A stretch of 64,000 nucleotides of DNA. It comes from a bacterium. GTDB lineage: Bacteria; Verrucomicrobiota; Verrucomicrobiia; Verrucomicrobiales; V1-33. The position numbers and the translations under genes were made by a program. Below the pieces are notes generated by a model, which was not told where the DNA came from, searched no databases, and worked only from the letters and a program-made list of their open reading frames with translations. Position 1 is the stretch's first letter. Every line of letters begins with the position of its first letter. The DNA is taken from positions 12,579-76,578 of the forward strand of contig JANOAS010000115.1 of the NCBI GenBank assembly GCA_031411255.1, read 5' to 3'. Positions 47,395 to 56,661 of this stretch are shown here, piece by piece.

Positions 47395-50322
47395 ATGACC
47401 GAACGCCGCCTGAAACGCCGCCAGGATGAAACGCCCACGGAATTTGAAACGCCGTGGGGGTTTGTGATGGCCTTGATCCTCCTGGCCCTCGGCATGGCGG
47501 GCTACCTGTCGCTGGTTTCGTATTCGCCGGGCGATCTGCCCTCGTCGATTTCCTTCTCCGCGCAGTCGCCGGGCAATGACCCGCTGCACAACATCATAGG
47601 CAAGGTGGGCGCGTATGGCTCCGGGTTTGGGTATTTCATTTTTGGCGCTCCCGCGTTTTTGATTCCGACGGCGCTCATCTGGTTTGGGGTGAACATGCTG
47701 GTCTCCCGGCAGCGATTTCAGGCGGGGCACTTTTACGGTCTGCTGGTCTGGCTGCTGGCGGCCTGTGTGCTGATGGATGTACAGCCGTGGTTCCTGACGG
47801 AATGGGCCCGGCAGAAGAACATGCTCAGCTCCGGTGGCGGCATCGGCTGGGTGCTGGGCAGCGAGCTGCTGGCGAAGCTTTTCGGACGGGTCGGGGCCGT
47901 GCTCCTCGCCTTTGTCGCCTACGTGATAGGGTTCATCATGCTGACGGGATTCCACCCGGTGCGCTTTTTTGTGCAGGTGAAGGAGGCGCTCGTCCTCTGG
48001 TATGAGCAGTGGCAGGAGGACCGCATCGAACGGGCTGCCGCCATGCCGTTTAGAAAGCCGCTGACGCCGATGGGCGAGATACAGGCGCTGGAGGCCGAAT
48101 ACGCTGCTGCGGAGCTGGCGAAGCCGAAGAAGGGACGGGGCTCCCGTGTTTCGAAAAAGGTGTCTGCCGATGGGCTGGATGATGAACTGGTGATTGCTGC
48201 GGCTGATGTCAGCCAGGCGCTGAGCGGCGGCATCGAGGCTGGTGAAGACGCGGTCGAGCCCGTGCAGATGGAACTGCCGCTGCCGGCCAAGCCCGAGCCG
48301 AAGATCGTGGACTCCAGCGTCCGCCGGGCGGAGCGCGATCCCGACAAGCCAAGCCTGGCTGATTTGCGCCGGAAGGCGCGCGAGGGCAAGGACAGCAACG
48401 GCGCCCCGCTCGTCAACACAACGTGGGCGGGCAACTTCGCGCACTACGAGCTGCCCGAGGTCGAGCTGCTCGACCTCGAGGACACCTCAGGCCGCAAACC
48501 GGCGGACCCAGCCGCGCTCCTGGCGATTCAGAACACCATTATCCGCACTCTCGGGACCTTTGCCATTAAGGTCTCGCCCGGCGACATCACGCGCGGCCCG
48601 ACGATCACGCGGTATGAAATTTACCCCGAAGAGGGGCTGCGGGTGAACCGGATCACCGCGCTGGAGGCGGACCTCGCCCGGGCGACGAAGGCGGAGCGGA
48701 TCAACATCCTCGCGCCGATTCCCGGCAAGGACACGGTGGGCATTGAAATCGCCAACAGCGAGAAGGTGGCCGTGCCGTTGCGCGAGCTGCTGGAGGACCC
48801 CGTTTTCACCGGAACGAAGGCCAAGCTGCCCGTGGCGCTGGGCAAGGACGTTTACGGCAACACGATCGTGGGCGACCTGGCCGCCATGCCGCACCTGCTG
48901 GTGGCCGGGGCGACGGGATCGGGAAAATCCGTCTGCATCAACTCGATCATCGCGAGCCTGCTCTTCCAGTTTTCCCCGGACCAGCTGCGGTTCATCATGG
49001 TGGACCCGAAGGTGGTGGAAATGGCCCACTACAACGAACTGCCGCACCTGGTCATTCCGGTCGTGACCGATCCGAAGAAGACGCTCATGGCGCTGAGCTG
49101 GGTGGTGAACGAGATGGAGCGCCGCTACCAGACCTTCGCCAAGTGCGGGGTGAAGAACTTCGACGGATTCAACGGACGTCCCAAAAAGCGCAGCGCGGCC
49201 GAACTGGCTGCCGCAGCCAAGCTCGCTGCCGGTCCGGAAAAGGCACCGGCTGCGAAAATCGTGACGAAACCCGACGCCCTGCCTGCGGACCTCATCGGGG
49301 AAATCCCGGCCGGTCCGGCCGCGGCTTGCGCTGCGGTGGAAGAGGAAGAAGTCGTGTGGTATGACGACGAGGAGGAAGCCGCGAGCGCAGCGGAGGACAC
49401 CATCCCTGATTTCCTGCCGGACGGTGACGGAGACTCGATCAAAAACTACGATCTGGCTCCGAGCGAGGAGGAGTTGCAAGAGTCCGCGCTCATCGCCCAC
49501 GAGGTGCGCATGCCGAAGCCCGACGAGGAAATCGAGCTGCACCTGGACGCGCCCGTGGTCCAGCAGCGCTTCGACGGCACCACGGACGAGAGCGTCTGGG
49601 ACATCGAGGAGGACGACATCGACGCCGACCTGCACCGCGAGCCCGAGGTGCCGGACCGTTATCCCTACATCGTGGTCATCATCGACGAGCTGGCCGACCT
49701 CATGCAGACCGCCCCGGCGGACATCGAGGTGGCCATCTGCCGGATCGCGCAAAAGGCGCGGGCGGCGGGCATTCACCTGATCCTGGCCACCCAGACGCCC
49801 CGGGCGGACGTCATCACCGGAGTCATCAAGGCGAACATCCCGTGCAAGATCGCCTTCCAGGTTTCCAACGGGCTGGACTCCCGTGTCATTCTCGACACGA
49901 AGGGAGCCGAGAAGCTCGTGGGCAAGGGCGACATGCTTTACCTCCCGCCTGGCAGCGCCAAGCTCCAGCGGGCGCAGGGTGCCTTCGTCACGGATGAAGA
50001 GGTGCACCGGCTCGTCGAGTTCTGCAAAAAGCAGGCGAAACCCTCCTATGCCCAGGATGCCAGAGCGACCGTGGAAGGCACGGGCGGCGGCGGCGATGGC
50101 GAGGAAGTGACCGAGGAGGACGAGGAAATCTACGACAAATGTCTGGAGGTGATCATGCAGGAAAAACGTGCTTCCACCAGCCTGCTCCAGAGGCGTTTGC
50201 GGCTCGGCTACACCCGGGCGGCGCGCATGATGGACATCATGGAGGAGCGCGGCATCATCGGGCCGGGCGAGGGCGCCAAGCCCCGGGAAATCCTCGTGGA
50301 TCTGAGCGATTCCGAAGAGTGA
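47395..50322 (+). CDS. ftsK: DNA translocase FtsK
   Basis: N-terminal TM domain, PHLLVAGATGSGKS, YIVVIIDELADLM, GAEKLVGKGDML, gamma domain STSLLQRRLRLGYTRAAR. Confidence 0.96.
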   Translation: MTERRLKRRQDETPTEFETPWGFVMALILLALGMAGYLSLVSYSPGDLPSSISFSAQSPGNDPLHNIIGKVGAYGSGFGYFIFGAPAFLIPTALIWFGVNMLVSRQRFQAGHFYGLLVWLLAACVLMDVQPWFLTEWARQKNMLSSGGGIGWVLGSELLAKLFGRVGAVLLAFVAYVIGFIMLTGFHPVRFFVQVKEALVLWYEQWQEDRIERAAAMPFRKPLTPMGEIQALEAEYAAAELAKPKKGRGSRVSKKVSADGLDDELVIAAADVSQALSGGIEAGEDAVEPVQMELPLPAKPEPKIVDSSVRRAERDPDKPSLADLRRKAREGKDSNGAPLVNTTWAGNFAHYELPEVELLDLEDTSGRKPADPAALLAIQNTIIRTLGTFAIKVSPGDITRGPTITRYEIYPEEGLRVNRITALEADLARATKAERINILAPIPGKDTVGIEIANSEKVAVPLRELLEDPVFTGTKAKLPVALGKDVYGNTIVGDLAAMPHLLVAGATGSGKSVCINSIIASLLFQFSPDQLRFIMVDPKVVEMAHYNELPHLVIPVVTDPKKTLMALSWVVNEMERRYQTFAKCGVKNFDGFNGRPKKRSAAELAAAAKLAAGPEKAPAAKIVTKPDALPADLIGEIPAGPAAACAAVEEEEVVWYDDEEEAASAAEDTIPDFLPDGDGDSIKNYDLAPSEEELQESALIAHEVRMPKPDEEIELHLDAPVVQQRFDGTTDESVWDIEEDDIDADLHREPEVPDRYPYIVVIIDELADLMQTAPADIEVAICRIAQKARAAGIHLILATQTPRADVITGVIKANIPCKIAFQVSNGLDSRVILDTKGAEKLVGKGDMLYLPPGSAKLQRAQGAFVTDEEVHRLVEFCKKQAKPSYAQDARATVEGTGGGGDGEEVTEEDEEIYDKCLEVIMQEKRASTSLLQRRLRLGYTRAARMMDIMEERGIIGPGEGAKPREILVDLSDSEE

Positions 50323-50429
50323 GACAGATTTCCGGGTTGGAATCGCCCTAAAACGGGGAGTTGCGGGAGCAAAACGGCCTGTTAGAATGGCCAGCTTTTT
50401 AGAAATCCCCTAATTATTGACTCCAACCC

Positions 50430-52130
50430 ATGAAAACCACAGCCTTCCTTAGTTCCAACCGTTTTTCCGGCCTGCGCCCGGCCGTCCTCGCCCTTGCCCT
50501 GCTCGCCCCTGTGGGTGTCGTGCTGGCCCAGGATGCGGCGAAGCCTGCCGCCGCCAACCTCGCCCTGCCCGACAAGGACAAGGTCGAAACCGCGCCCGCC
50601 GTGAAGCCGTCTGACGAAGAGCTGAACGCCACGTACCTCGACAAGCCGTCTGCCAAGGCGACGGCGGTGCTGGAGCAGTTCCGGGCCGGGAAATTTGACG
50701 AAGCCCGCAAGGCGGCGGAAGCCCTGGCCAAGGAAGGCGACCTGAATGGCAGTTTCATCCTCGGCATTTGCCACATGAATGGACGAGGCGGCCCGGCCTC
50801 CCTGCCGGAGGCGGAGCGCGCCTACCGCGTGGCTGCCGACAAGGGGCATGCAGCGGCCCTGAACAACCTGGGTCTTCTGCTTTACTCCACGGCGGACAAG
50901 GACAAGGACCGCCTGGCCGATGCCGTGCGCACGCTGAAACAAGCCGCCGCCGCCGCTCCCGCGCGCGCAGCGCTGGTCGTCGGCGAACTCTACGCCCGCG
51001 GTTCCGGGGTGACTGCCGAGTTTGACGAGGCGATGAAATACTTCGAGCAGGCTGAAAAGGCAGGCAATGCCAAGGGGCTGCTCGCCCAGGCGATGCTGCT
51101 GGACGGCAGCTTCGGCTTTGAGAAGCAGAAGAACGAGGCCAAGGCCGATGAACTCTACAAGAAGGCGGCCGACGGCGGCCAGGTCGAGGGCATGCTGGTG
51201 CTGGGCAAAAAGAAGCTCGCCAAATCGAAGGGCCAGGGCAAGGAGGGCGAGGAAGGACTCGCCTGGATTCAGAAGGCCGGTGAAAAGGGCTACGGCCCGG
51301 CCTACGTCGCCCTGGGTGACGCCTATGTGGACGGCACGCTGGTGAAGAAGGACGAGGCCAAAGCTTTCTCCTACTACCAGAAGGCGGCCGACGCGGGAGT
51401 GCCCGACGCGATCGCGAAGGTGGGCGTCTGCTACGAGCGCGGAGTCGGCGTGGCCAAGGATGAGAAGAAGGCTTTCGAGCAATACAAGGCCGCCCTGGAA
51501 AAGGGCTCGGCCGCAGCGGCGTTCAATCTGGCCGTGTGCTACGATGCCGGGACCGGAGTTGAAAAAAGTGTGGCCAACGCCTTCCGCCACTACCTGATGG
51601 CCGCCAAGGCCGGGCTGGGGGTGGCCATGAACGAGGCCGCCGCCCGCTACCAGGCCGGCGCCGGGGTGGAGCAGGACGTCGTGGCCGCTGCCGCTTGGTT
51701 TGGCTACGCCGCCAAGTCCAACAACGTGGCCGCCGCCATCAACCTCGCCCGCATGTACCTCCAGGGCATGGGTGTCGAGAAAAACCTGAACGCCGCCGGC
51801 CAGCTCTACACCGCCGCTGCGAATGCTGGCGACCCGACCGCGTGCTACGAACTCGGCCAGCTTCACGAAATGGGGATTGGCGGCAGCCGCGACCTGATCC
51901 GCGCCCACGCCCTCTTTTCCGCTGCCGCTGATGGTGGTGTGAAGGATGCCGGCGAGCGCCGCGACGCGGTGGGCAAGCAGCTCCAGAAGGACGACCTCGC
52001 CAAGAGCGAGCTGGTCAGGAAGGACATTCCGATCAAGAAGGACGACGGCAAGAAGGACGCCCCCGCCGCCCCGACCGGAACTAAAACACCGGCGGCCGGC
52101 ACCAAGCCGACTCCTTCAAAGCCGAAATAA
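50430..52130 (+). CDS. Secreted Sel1-repeat protein
   Basis: Signal peptide; repeated A...LG..Y..G.GV.KD...A..Y..AA. Confidence 0.9.
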   Translation: MKTTAFLSSNRFSGLRPAVLALALLAPVGVVLAQDAAKPAAANLALPDKDKVETAPAVKPSDEELNATYLDKPSAKATAVLEQFRAGKFDEARKAAEALAKEGDLNGSFILGICHMNGRGGPASLPEAERAYRVAADKGHAAALNNLGLLLYSTADKDKDRLADAVRTLKQAAAAAPARAALVVGELYARGSGVTAEFDEAMKYFEQAEKAGNAKGLLAQAMLLDGSFGFEKQKNEAKADELYKKAADGGQVEGMLVLGKKKLAKSKGQGKEGEEGLAWIQKAGEKGYGPAYVALGDAYVDGTLVKKDEAKAFSYYQKAADAGVPDAIAKVGVCYERGVGVAKDEKKAFEQYKAALEKGSAAAAFNLAVCYDAGTGVEKSVANAFRHYLMAAKAGLGVAMNEAAARYQAGAGVEQDVVAAAAWFGYAAKSNNVAAAINLARMYLQGMGVEKNLNAAGQLYTAAANAGDPTACYELGQLHEMGIGGSRDLIRAHALFSAAADGGVKDAGERRDAVGKQLQKDDLAKSELVRKDIPIKKDDGKKDAPAAPTGTKTPAAGTKPTPSKPK

Positions 52131-52158
52131 CCTTCCGGCACTCCAGAAGGAACTTTGC

Positions 52159-52189
52159 GCGGCCCGGCGGGAAACTGCCGGGCCGCTTT
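52159..52189 (+). terminator. GC-rich hairpin with GAAA loop after the Sel1 gene
   Basis: gcggcccggcgg-gaaa-ctgccgggccgc-ttt; U-tract is short. Confidence 0.6.
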
Positions 52190-52199
52190 CGTGCCGGTG

Positions 52200-52290
52200 A
52201 ACCGAAAAGCGGCGAGGATTGAACAGGAGGGAGTGAAGAAAACGGAGAAAGAACTTGTTGCGCCCATGTAATCTGTCACTTGCCTGATGG
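52200..52290. repeat. Dispersed intergenic repeat B, partial copy
   Basis: gcgaggattgaacag..acggagaaagaacttgttgc..gtcacttgcctga resembles the reverse complement of ~60680-60770. Confidence 0.75.
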
Positions 52291-52402
52291 GGGCTGCATT
52301 GCGGGTGACAGGTCCCGCGTGAGGATGCTCCGGGTGCGGGGCCACTGGGGGCTGAGACGGAATTGTGCAACTTTCCAGCGGGTGCGGGGTTGGGAGGGGA
52401 TC

Positions 52403-53917
52403 ATGAGTGTCAAAAACCCGACGGTGACTGTTTTGCTGGTAGCCCTTCCGCTTGCGGCTGGGGCCTTTGCGGTGGGGAGGATGACGGCTCCGCAGGGGGC
52501 GGGGAAGGCCCTTTCAGCTGAAGGGGCGAAGGGACCGAGGGCACTCTCGCAGACGGCGGGCGGGGCTGCCGGGGCGGAAAAGGCGGGCGGTCTGGCACGC
52601 GGGGCTGAGGCGCCGGACCAGTGGGCATCCTACAGGGACAAGGACGGGCATGTTTCGGCGGAGCGGATGGCGGACATCATTGGGGATGTGCTTTCTGACC
52701 CGAATCCAATCGAGTCTTTCAAGAGGTTCGCCAGTCTGCTGGACGAACTGACGCCGGACAATGCAGCGGCGGCGTGGAAGGCGTTGTCGGAAAAGGCGCA
52801 GGGCGGGGACTCGATGCGCTACCTGCCGATGCTGGCCTTTGCGTGGGGGAAAATCGACGGGGCTGGGGCGCTGGCGAAGATGAAGGAATCCGGCGGGCGG
52901 GAGGCTGGGATGAGTGCGAACTCGATCATGGCCGGGTGGGCGAGTGCGAATCCGTCAGCGGCGATGGCGTGGCTGGAGGCCAAGGCGGCGGAGCAGAAGT
53001 CTGGGGAGGGTGGCAAGGACAGCAAGGACAGGTTTGACGTGGTGCGGATGCTGCGCTCCGGGCTGATTTCCGGGCTGGCGATCAGCGACCCGGCGGCAGC
53101 GCTGAAAATCATCCAGGGAGTGCCGGAAAACGAGCGGGACAATCTGCTGGGAGTGCTGGCGGCGAAGCAGATGAAGCAGGGGCTGGAGACGGCCACGAGC
53201 TGGGCGCTGGGGCTGGGGGATGAGAAGCTGCGGTCCCAGGCTTTGTCAGAAATCGCGCGGGATCTGGCGCAGAAGGACACGAAGAAGGCGGCGGCGTGGA
53301 TCGCCGGTCATGCGGCGGATCCCTCTGCGGCGGATGCGATCGGGCGGATCGCGCGGGAGTGGGCGCAGCGGAAACCCGACGAGGCGATCGCGTGGGCGGC
53401 CAGCCTGCCGTCTGGCACGGCGCAGAGCGAGGCCTTTCACGACAGCTTCCGCGAGTGGGGGCGGCGCGACCCGACGGCAGCCAGCACCTACCTGGTGGCC
53501 ATGGCGGACGGCCCGGCGAAAAATGCGGCCATCAGCGCGTTCAGCCGGTCGATTGTGCGGGAGGATCCGAAGTCTGCAATCCAGTGGGCGGGTGCGATCA
53601 CGGACCCGGTGGAGAAGGGCAATGCGCTGACGAAGACGGCACGGGCGTGGGCCTACTCCGACACGGCGGCGGTGCAGCAGTGGCTGCCGACGAGCGGGCT
53701 GAACCAGGAGCAGGTGCAGCAGGTGACGGAGGTCATCGCCGAGCGGACAAAGGCGGCGGCGGAGCCGGGTGGGGCGGGGCTGATGCGCGGCGGCGGGTTC
53801 ACGAAGTTTAGCGCGGCGGCCGGCGCGGGCGGGGTGGCGCCCGGCGGTCGTCCGCCGCGGGACCTATCTTTTTTCCAGCGTGGCGGAGGCGGCAAGATGG
53901 ACAAGAAAGGCAAGTAA
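52403..53917 (+). CDS. Hypothetical protein with N-terminal anchor and helical DP..A..W repeats
   Basis: Repeats such as WASANPSAAMAW, WAQRKPDEAIAW, WGRRDPTAA; start moved to MSVKNP. Confidence 0.75.
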   Translation: MSVKNPTVTVLLVALPLAAGAFAVGRMTAPQGAGKALSAEGAKGPRALSQTAGGAAGAEKAGGLARGAEAPDQWASYRDKDGHVSAERMADIIGDVLSDPNPIESFKRFASLLDELTPDNAAAAWKALSEKAQGGDSMRYLPMLAFAWGKIDGAGALAKMKESGGREAGMSANSIMAGWASANPSAAMAWLEAKAAEQKSGEGGKDSKDRFDVVRMLRSGLISGLAISDPAAALKIIQGVPENERDNLLGVLAAKQMKQGLETATSWALGLGDEKLRSQALSEIARDLAQKDTKKAAAWIAGHAADPSAADAIGRIAREWAQRKPDEAIAWAASLPSGTAQSEAFHDSFREWGRRDPTAASTYLVAMADGPAKNAAISAFSRSIVREDPKSAIQWAGAITDPVEKGNALTKTARAWAYSDTAAVQQWLPTSGLNQEQVQQVTEVIAERTKAAAEPGGAGLMRGGGFTKFSAAAGAGGVAPGGRPPRDLSFFQRGGGGKMDKKGK

Positions 53918-54027
53918 GGCGGCGTGGGATTTCTGGCGGACACCGGTGGATTTTCAGCAGCTAGCGGTGCTGGACATTTGCTCCGGCCTGCGCTTGGATG
54001 GTGACCATCCCATCCGAACAAGCCCTC

Positions 54028-54459
54028 ATGTCCCAGTCCGCTCCACACCGATTTGTGACCGCCTCCGAAGTAACCCACGGTGCTGCACCGTGGTGTACGG
54101 TGGAGTGGATGTCGAACCAGGAGGTGACAGGCGCGAAGGAACTGCTGCTGGTGCGGGCGACCTTCCCGCCGGGGGACATGCACAACTTCCACAAACACCC
54201 GGGACGCGAGGAGATCATCTACGTGACCGAGGGCGAGGCCGACCAGTGGGTGGGGCATGAAAAAAGGCGGCTGAAGGCGGGTGAGATGGCGCACATTCCG
54301 GCCGGAGTGCCGCACGCCACGCTGAATCCGGGACCGGCGGTGCTGAAATTTCTGGCCATCCTCAGTCCGGTGGAGGCGGAGGGGGAGTTTACGGTGGATG
54401 TCTTCAACGAGGAGCCGTGGTGCTCCCTGCAGAAGCCCAAGGCCTACCCGGTGGCGTGA
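54028..54459 (+). CDS. Cupin domain protein
   Basis: HNFHKHPGREEIIYV.EG and IPAGVPH metal-binding motifs. Confidence 0.9.
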   Translation: MSQSAPHRFVTASEVTHGAAPWCTVEWMSNQEVTGAKELLLVRATFPPGDMHNFHKHPGREEIIYVTEGEADQWVGHEKRRLKAGEMAHIPAGVPHATLNPGPAVLKFLAILSPVEAEGEFTVDVFNEEPWCSLQKPKAYPVA

Positions 54460-54506
54460 CCGGACGATCATTTTTTACTGACACACAACACCTGAACGAC
54501 TGACAC

Positions 54507-55382
54507 ATGCCGAACGCCTGGACTGGAAAAGGAAACCCGTACACCCGACTGGAAGTGGTGGATCGGCTGCGCGAAACCCTGAAGCGCGGCGAGCCGATCA
54601 TCGCTGCGGGTGCGGGGACGGGGATCAGCGCCAAGTTCATCGAAAAGGGCGGTGCGGACCTGATCATCATTTACAACTCCGGGCGCTTCCGCATGGCGGG
54701 GCACGGCTCCACGGCGGGGCTGATGAGCTACGGGGATGCGAACGCCATCGCGATGGAGATCGGAGAATACGAGGTGCTGCCGGTTGTGGAGGAGGTGCCG
54801 GTCATCTGCGGAGTGCACGCCACGGACCCGCGCCGTCGCATGTGGCACTGGCTGCTTCAGGTGAAGGACATGGGCTTCAGCGGAGTGAACAATTTTCCGA
54901 CCCACTGCATCATCGACGGGAAGTTCCGCCAGATCCTGGAGGAGACGGGGATGAGCGTGAAAAAGGAGGTGGAAATGGTGGCGCTGGCGCGGCGGATGGA
55001 CCTCTTCAGCATCGTGTACGTGAGCAGTCCGGAGGAGGCGCGTGCGATGGCGGACGCCGGTGCGGACGCGATCATCGCGCATGTGGGAACGACGATTGGC
55101 GGGAGCATCGGCGTGACGGGGGCGACGGTGGGGCTGGACGAGGCGGCAAAATGGACGCAGAACCTGATCGACGCGGCGCGCGGCTCCGGGCGGAAGGACA
55201 TCGTCTTCCTGAGCCATGGCGGCCCGATCCTGACGCCGGAGGACGCGGCGTACATCAATGAAAAGACGGACGCGGTAGGCTTCGTCGGCGCGAGCAGTCT
55301 GGAGCGGATGGCCGTGGAGGGCTCCCTGACGCAGCTGACTCGGAAATTCAAGGCAATCCCGGTGAAGGCGAGCCTTGGTTGA
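54507..55382 (+). CDS. Phosphoenolpyruvate hydrolase-like TIM-barrel protein
   Basis: GAGTGISAK, IYNSGRFRMAG, YGDAN, NFPT, HGGPI, GASSLER. Confidence 0.9.
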   Translation: MPNAWTGKGNPYTRLEVVDRLRETLKRGEPIIAAGAGTGISAKFIEKGGADLIIIYNSGRFRMAGHGSTAGLMSYGDANAIAMEIGEYEVLPVVEEVPVICGVHATDPRRRMWHWLLQVKDMGFSGVNNFPTHCIIDGKFRQILEETGMSVKKEVEMVALARRMDLFSIVYVSSPEEARAMADAGADAIIAHVGTTIGGSIGVTGATVGLDEAAKWTQNLIDAARGSGRKDIVFLSHGGPILTPEDAAYINEKTDAVGFVGASSLERMAVEGSLTQLTRKFKAIPVKASLG

Positions 55383-55420
55383 GCGGGGGCGACAGCCGGC
55401 AGTGCCCCGAGGCGGTCTCA

Positions 55421-55691
55421 TTCCAGTTCGTTTTCAAAAATGGAATTTGCCTCACCACCCCGGAGGAGTGATCCATGAATAGCCGCGGGTCGGAGCCCCC
55501 CGGCAGTCCGTGAATCGGAGACCTACCCTGGAGGGGTAGCCCCATCCTCCGCTCGATGGGAGAACCCCTCGGGGGTTCTGGTCATTGGGGGTTGCTTTCC
55601 CGGGGGTCTGGCGCCCCCCGGCTACTCATGGCCCATCACTCCGGGATGGAGGTGAGATGGTGGGGTGTCCACTTTTGAAAACGAATTGGAA
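55421..55691. mobile_element. 271-bp MITE-like element with 24-bp TIRs and a TCA flanking duplication
   Basis: TIRs 55421-55444 and 55668-55691 match at 22/24; tca on both flanks; internal inverted repeats; no transposase. Confidence 0.7.
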
Positions 55692-55717
55692 TCAGTCCCA
55701 CCCGGGGAGCGGGGCGA

Positions 55718-56635
55718 TTACATGAGAAAGTGGAGCGCCAGGGGCACGGTGGCGACTGAGGCGATGGTGGTGAGGAGGGTGACGGCCACGGCGTACTCGG
55801 TGTGGCCGCCGTAGAGGCGGGTCATGACGGCGGCGGTGGCGGCGGCGGGCATGAGGGAGACGATGATGCAGATGAGCCGGACGTCTGCGGGCAGGGGAAG
55901 AAGGCTGAGGAGGCCGATGAGCAGGGCGGGAATGACGAGCAGGCGGACGGCGGTGAGGTAGAGAATGTCCCGCAGGTGCTGGCGCTGGAAGACGCCCTGC
56001 ACGGTGGCGCCGATGATGAGGATCATGAGGGGCACGGACAGGCTTCCGGTTTTCTCAATGACGCGCAGCAGGGGATCCGGCAGCCAGGATTTCGCCCCGG
56101 CGAGGGCGGCGAGGGCGGCGACGGGCAGCGTGAGGAGCGAGGGCGTGGCGAGGCGGCGCAGGGTGGTGGGCCAGTCCGCCCGGCCGCCGAGGGTGAGGAT
56201 GCCGAGGGTCCAGAAGCCGAGGGTGGAGCCGAGATTGAACAGGAAGAACAGGGCGAGGACTTCGGGGCCCTGGGTTTGCTCGAGGATGAAAATGGGGAGG
56301 AAGCCGTAGTTGTTGACGGCGCAGATGTGAAGGAAGGCGCGGGTGATGTCCGGATCCCGGCTGGCGAGGCCGCGGCGCAGGAGGAGGCCGGCTGTGACGC
56401 CAACAATCATGATGCCGAGGCCGAGGACGGGCAGGGACCAGAGGCTGAGGAGGCGGGATGGCTCCAGGTGGCTGACGACGCTGTGAAAGATGAGGGCGGG
56501 GTAGAAGAAGTCCATCGCGATGCGCGAGAGCTTGTCGAAGTCCTCGCGGGTGCCGTAGCCGAGCCTGCGGATGAGCCAGCCGACAAAGAGGAGGCCGAAA
56601 AGCTGGAGGATGGCGGAGATGACGGCGGCTGCCAT
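55718..56635 (-). CDS. AEC (auxin efflux carrier) family transporter
   Basis: About 10 TM segments, PALIF, NNYGFLPI, MPAA; start moved to MAAAVI. Confidence 0.85.
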   Translation of the reverse strand: MAAAVISAILQLFGLLFVGWLIRRLGYGTREDFDKLSRIAMDFFYPALIFHSVVSHLEPSRLLSLWSLPVLGLGIMIVGVTAGLLLRRGLASRDPDITRAFLHICAVNNYGFLPIFILEQTQGPEVLALFFLFNLGSTLGFWTLGILTLGGRADWPTTLRRLATPSLLTLPVAALAALAGAKSWLPDPLLRVIEKTGSLSVPLMILIIGATVQGVFQRQHLRDILYLTAVRLLVIPALLIGLLSLLPLPADVRLICIIVSLMPAAATAAVMTRLYGGHTEYAVAVTLLTTIASVATVPLALHFLM

Positions 56636-56661
56636 GAAAAGAGGGAGGAACGGAGGCCGTC

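Noticed and set aside
49177..49660. Intein in FtsK
   Set aside because: No Cys/Ser start, no His-Asn end and no endonuclease motifs; low-complexity acidic sequence.
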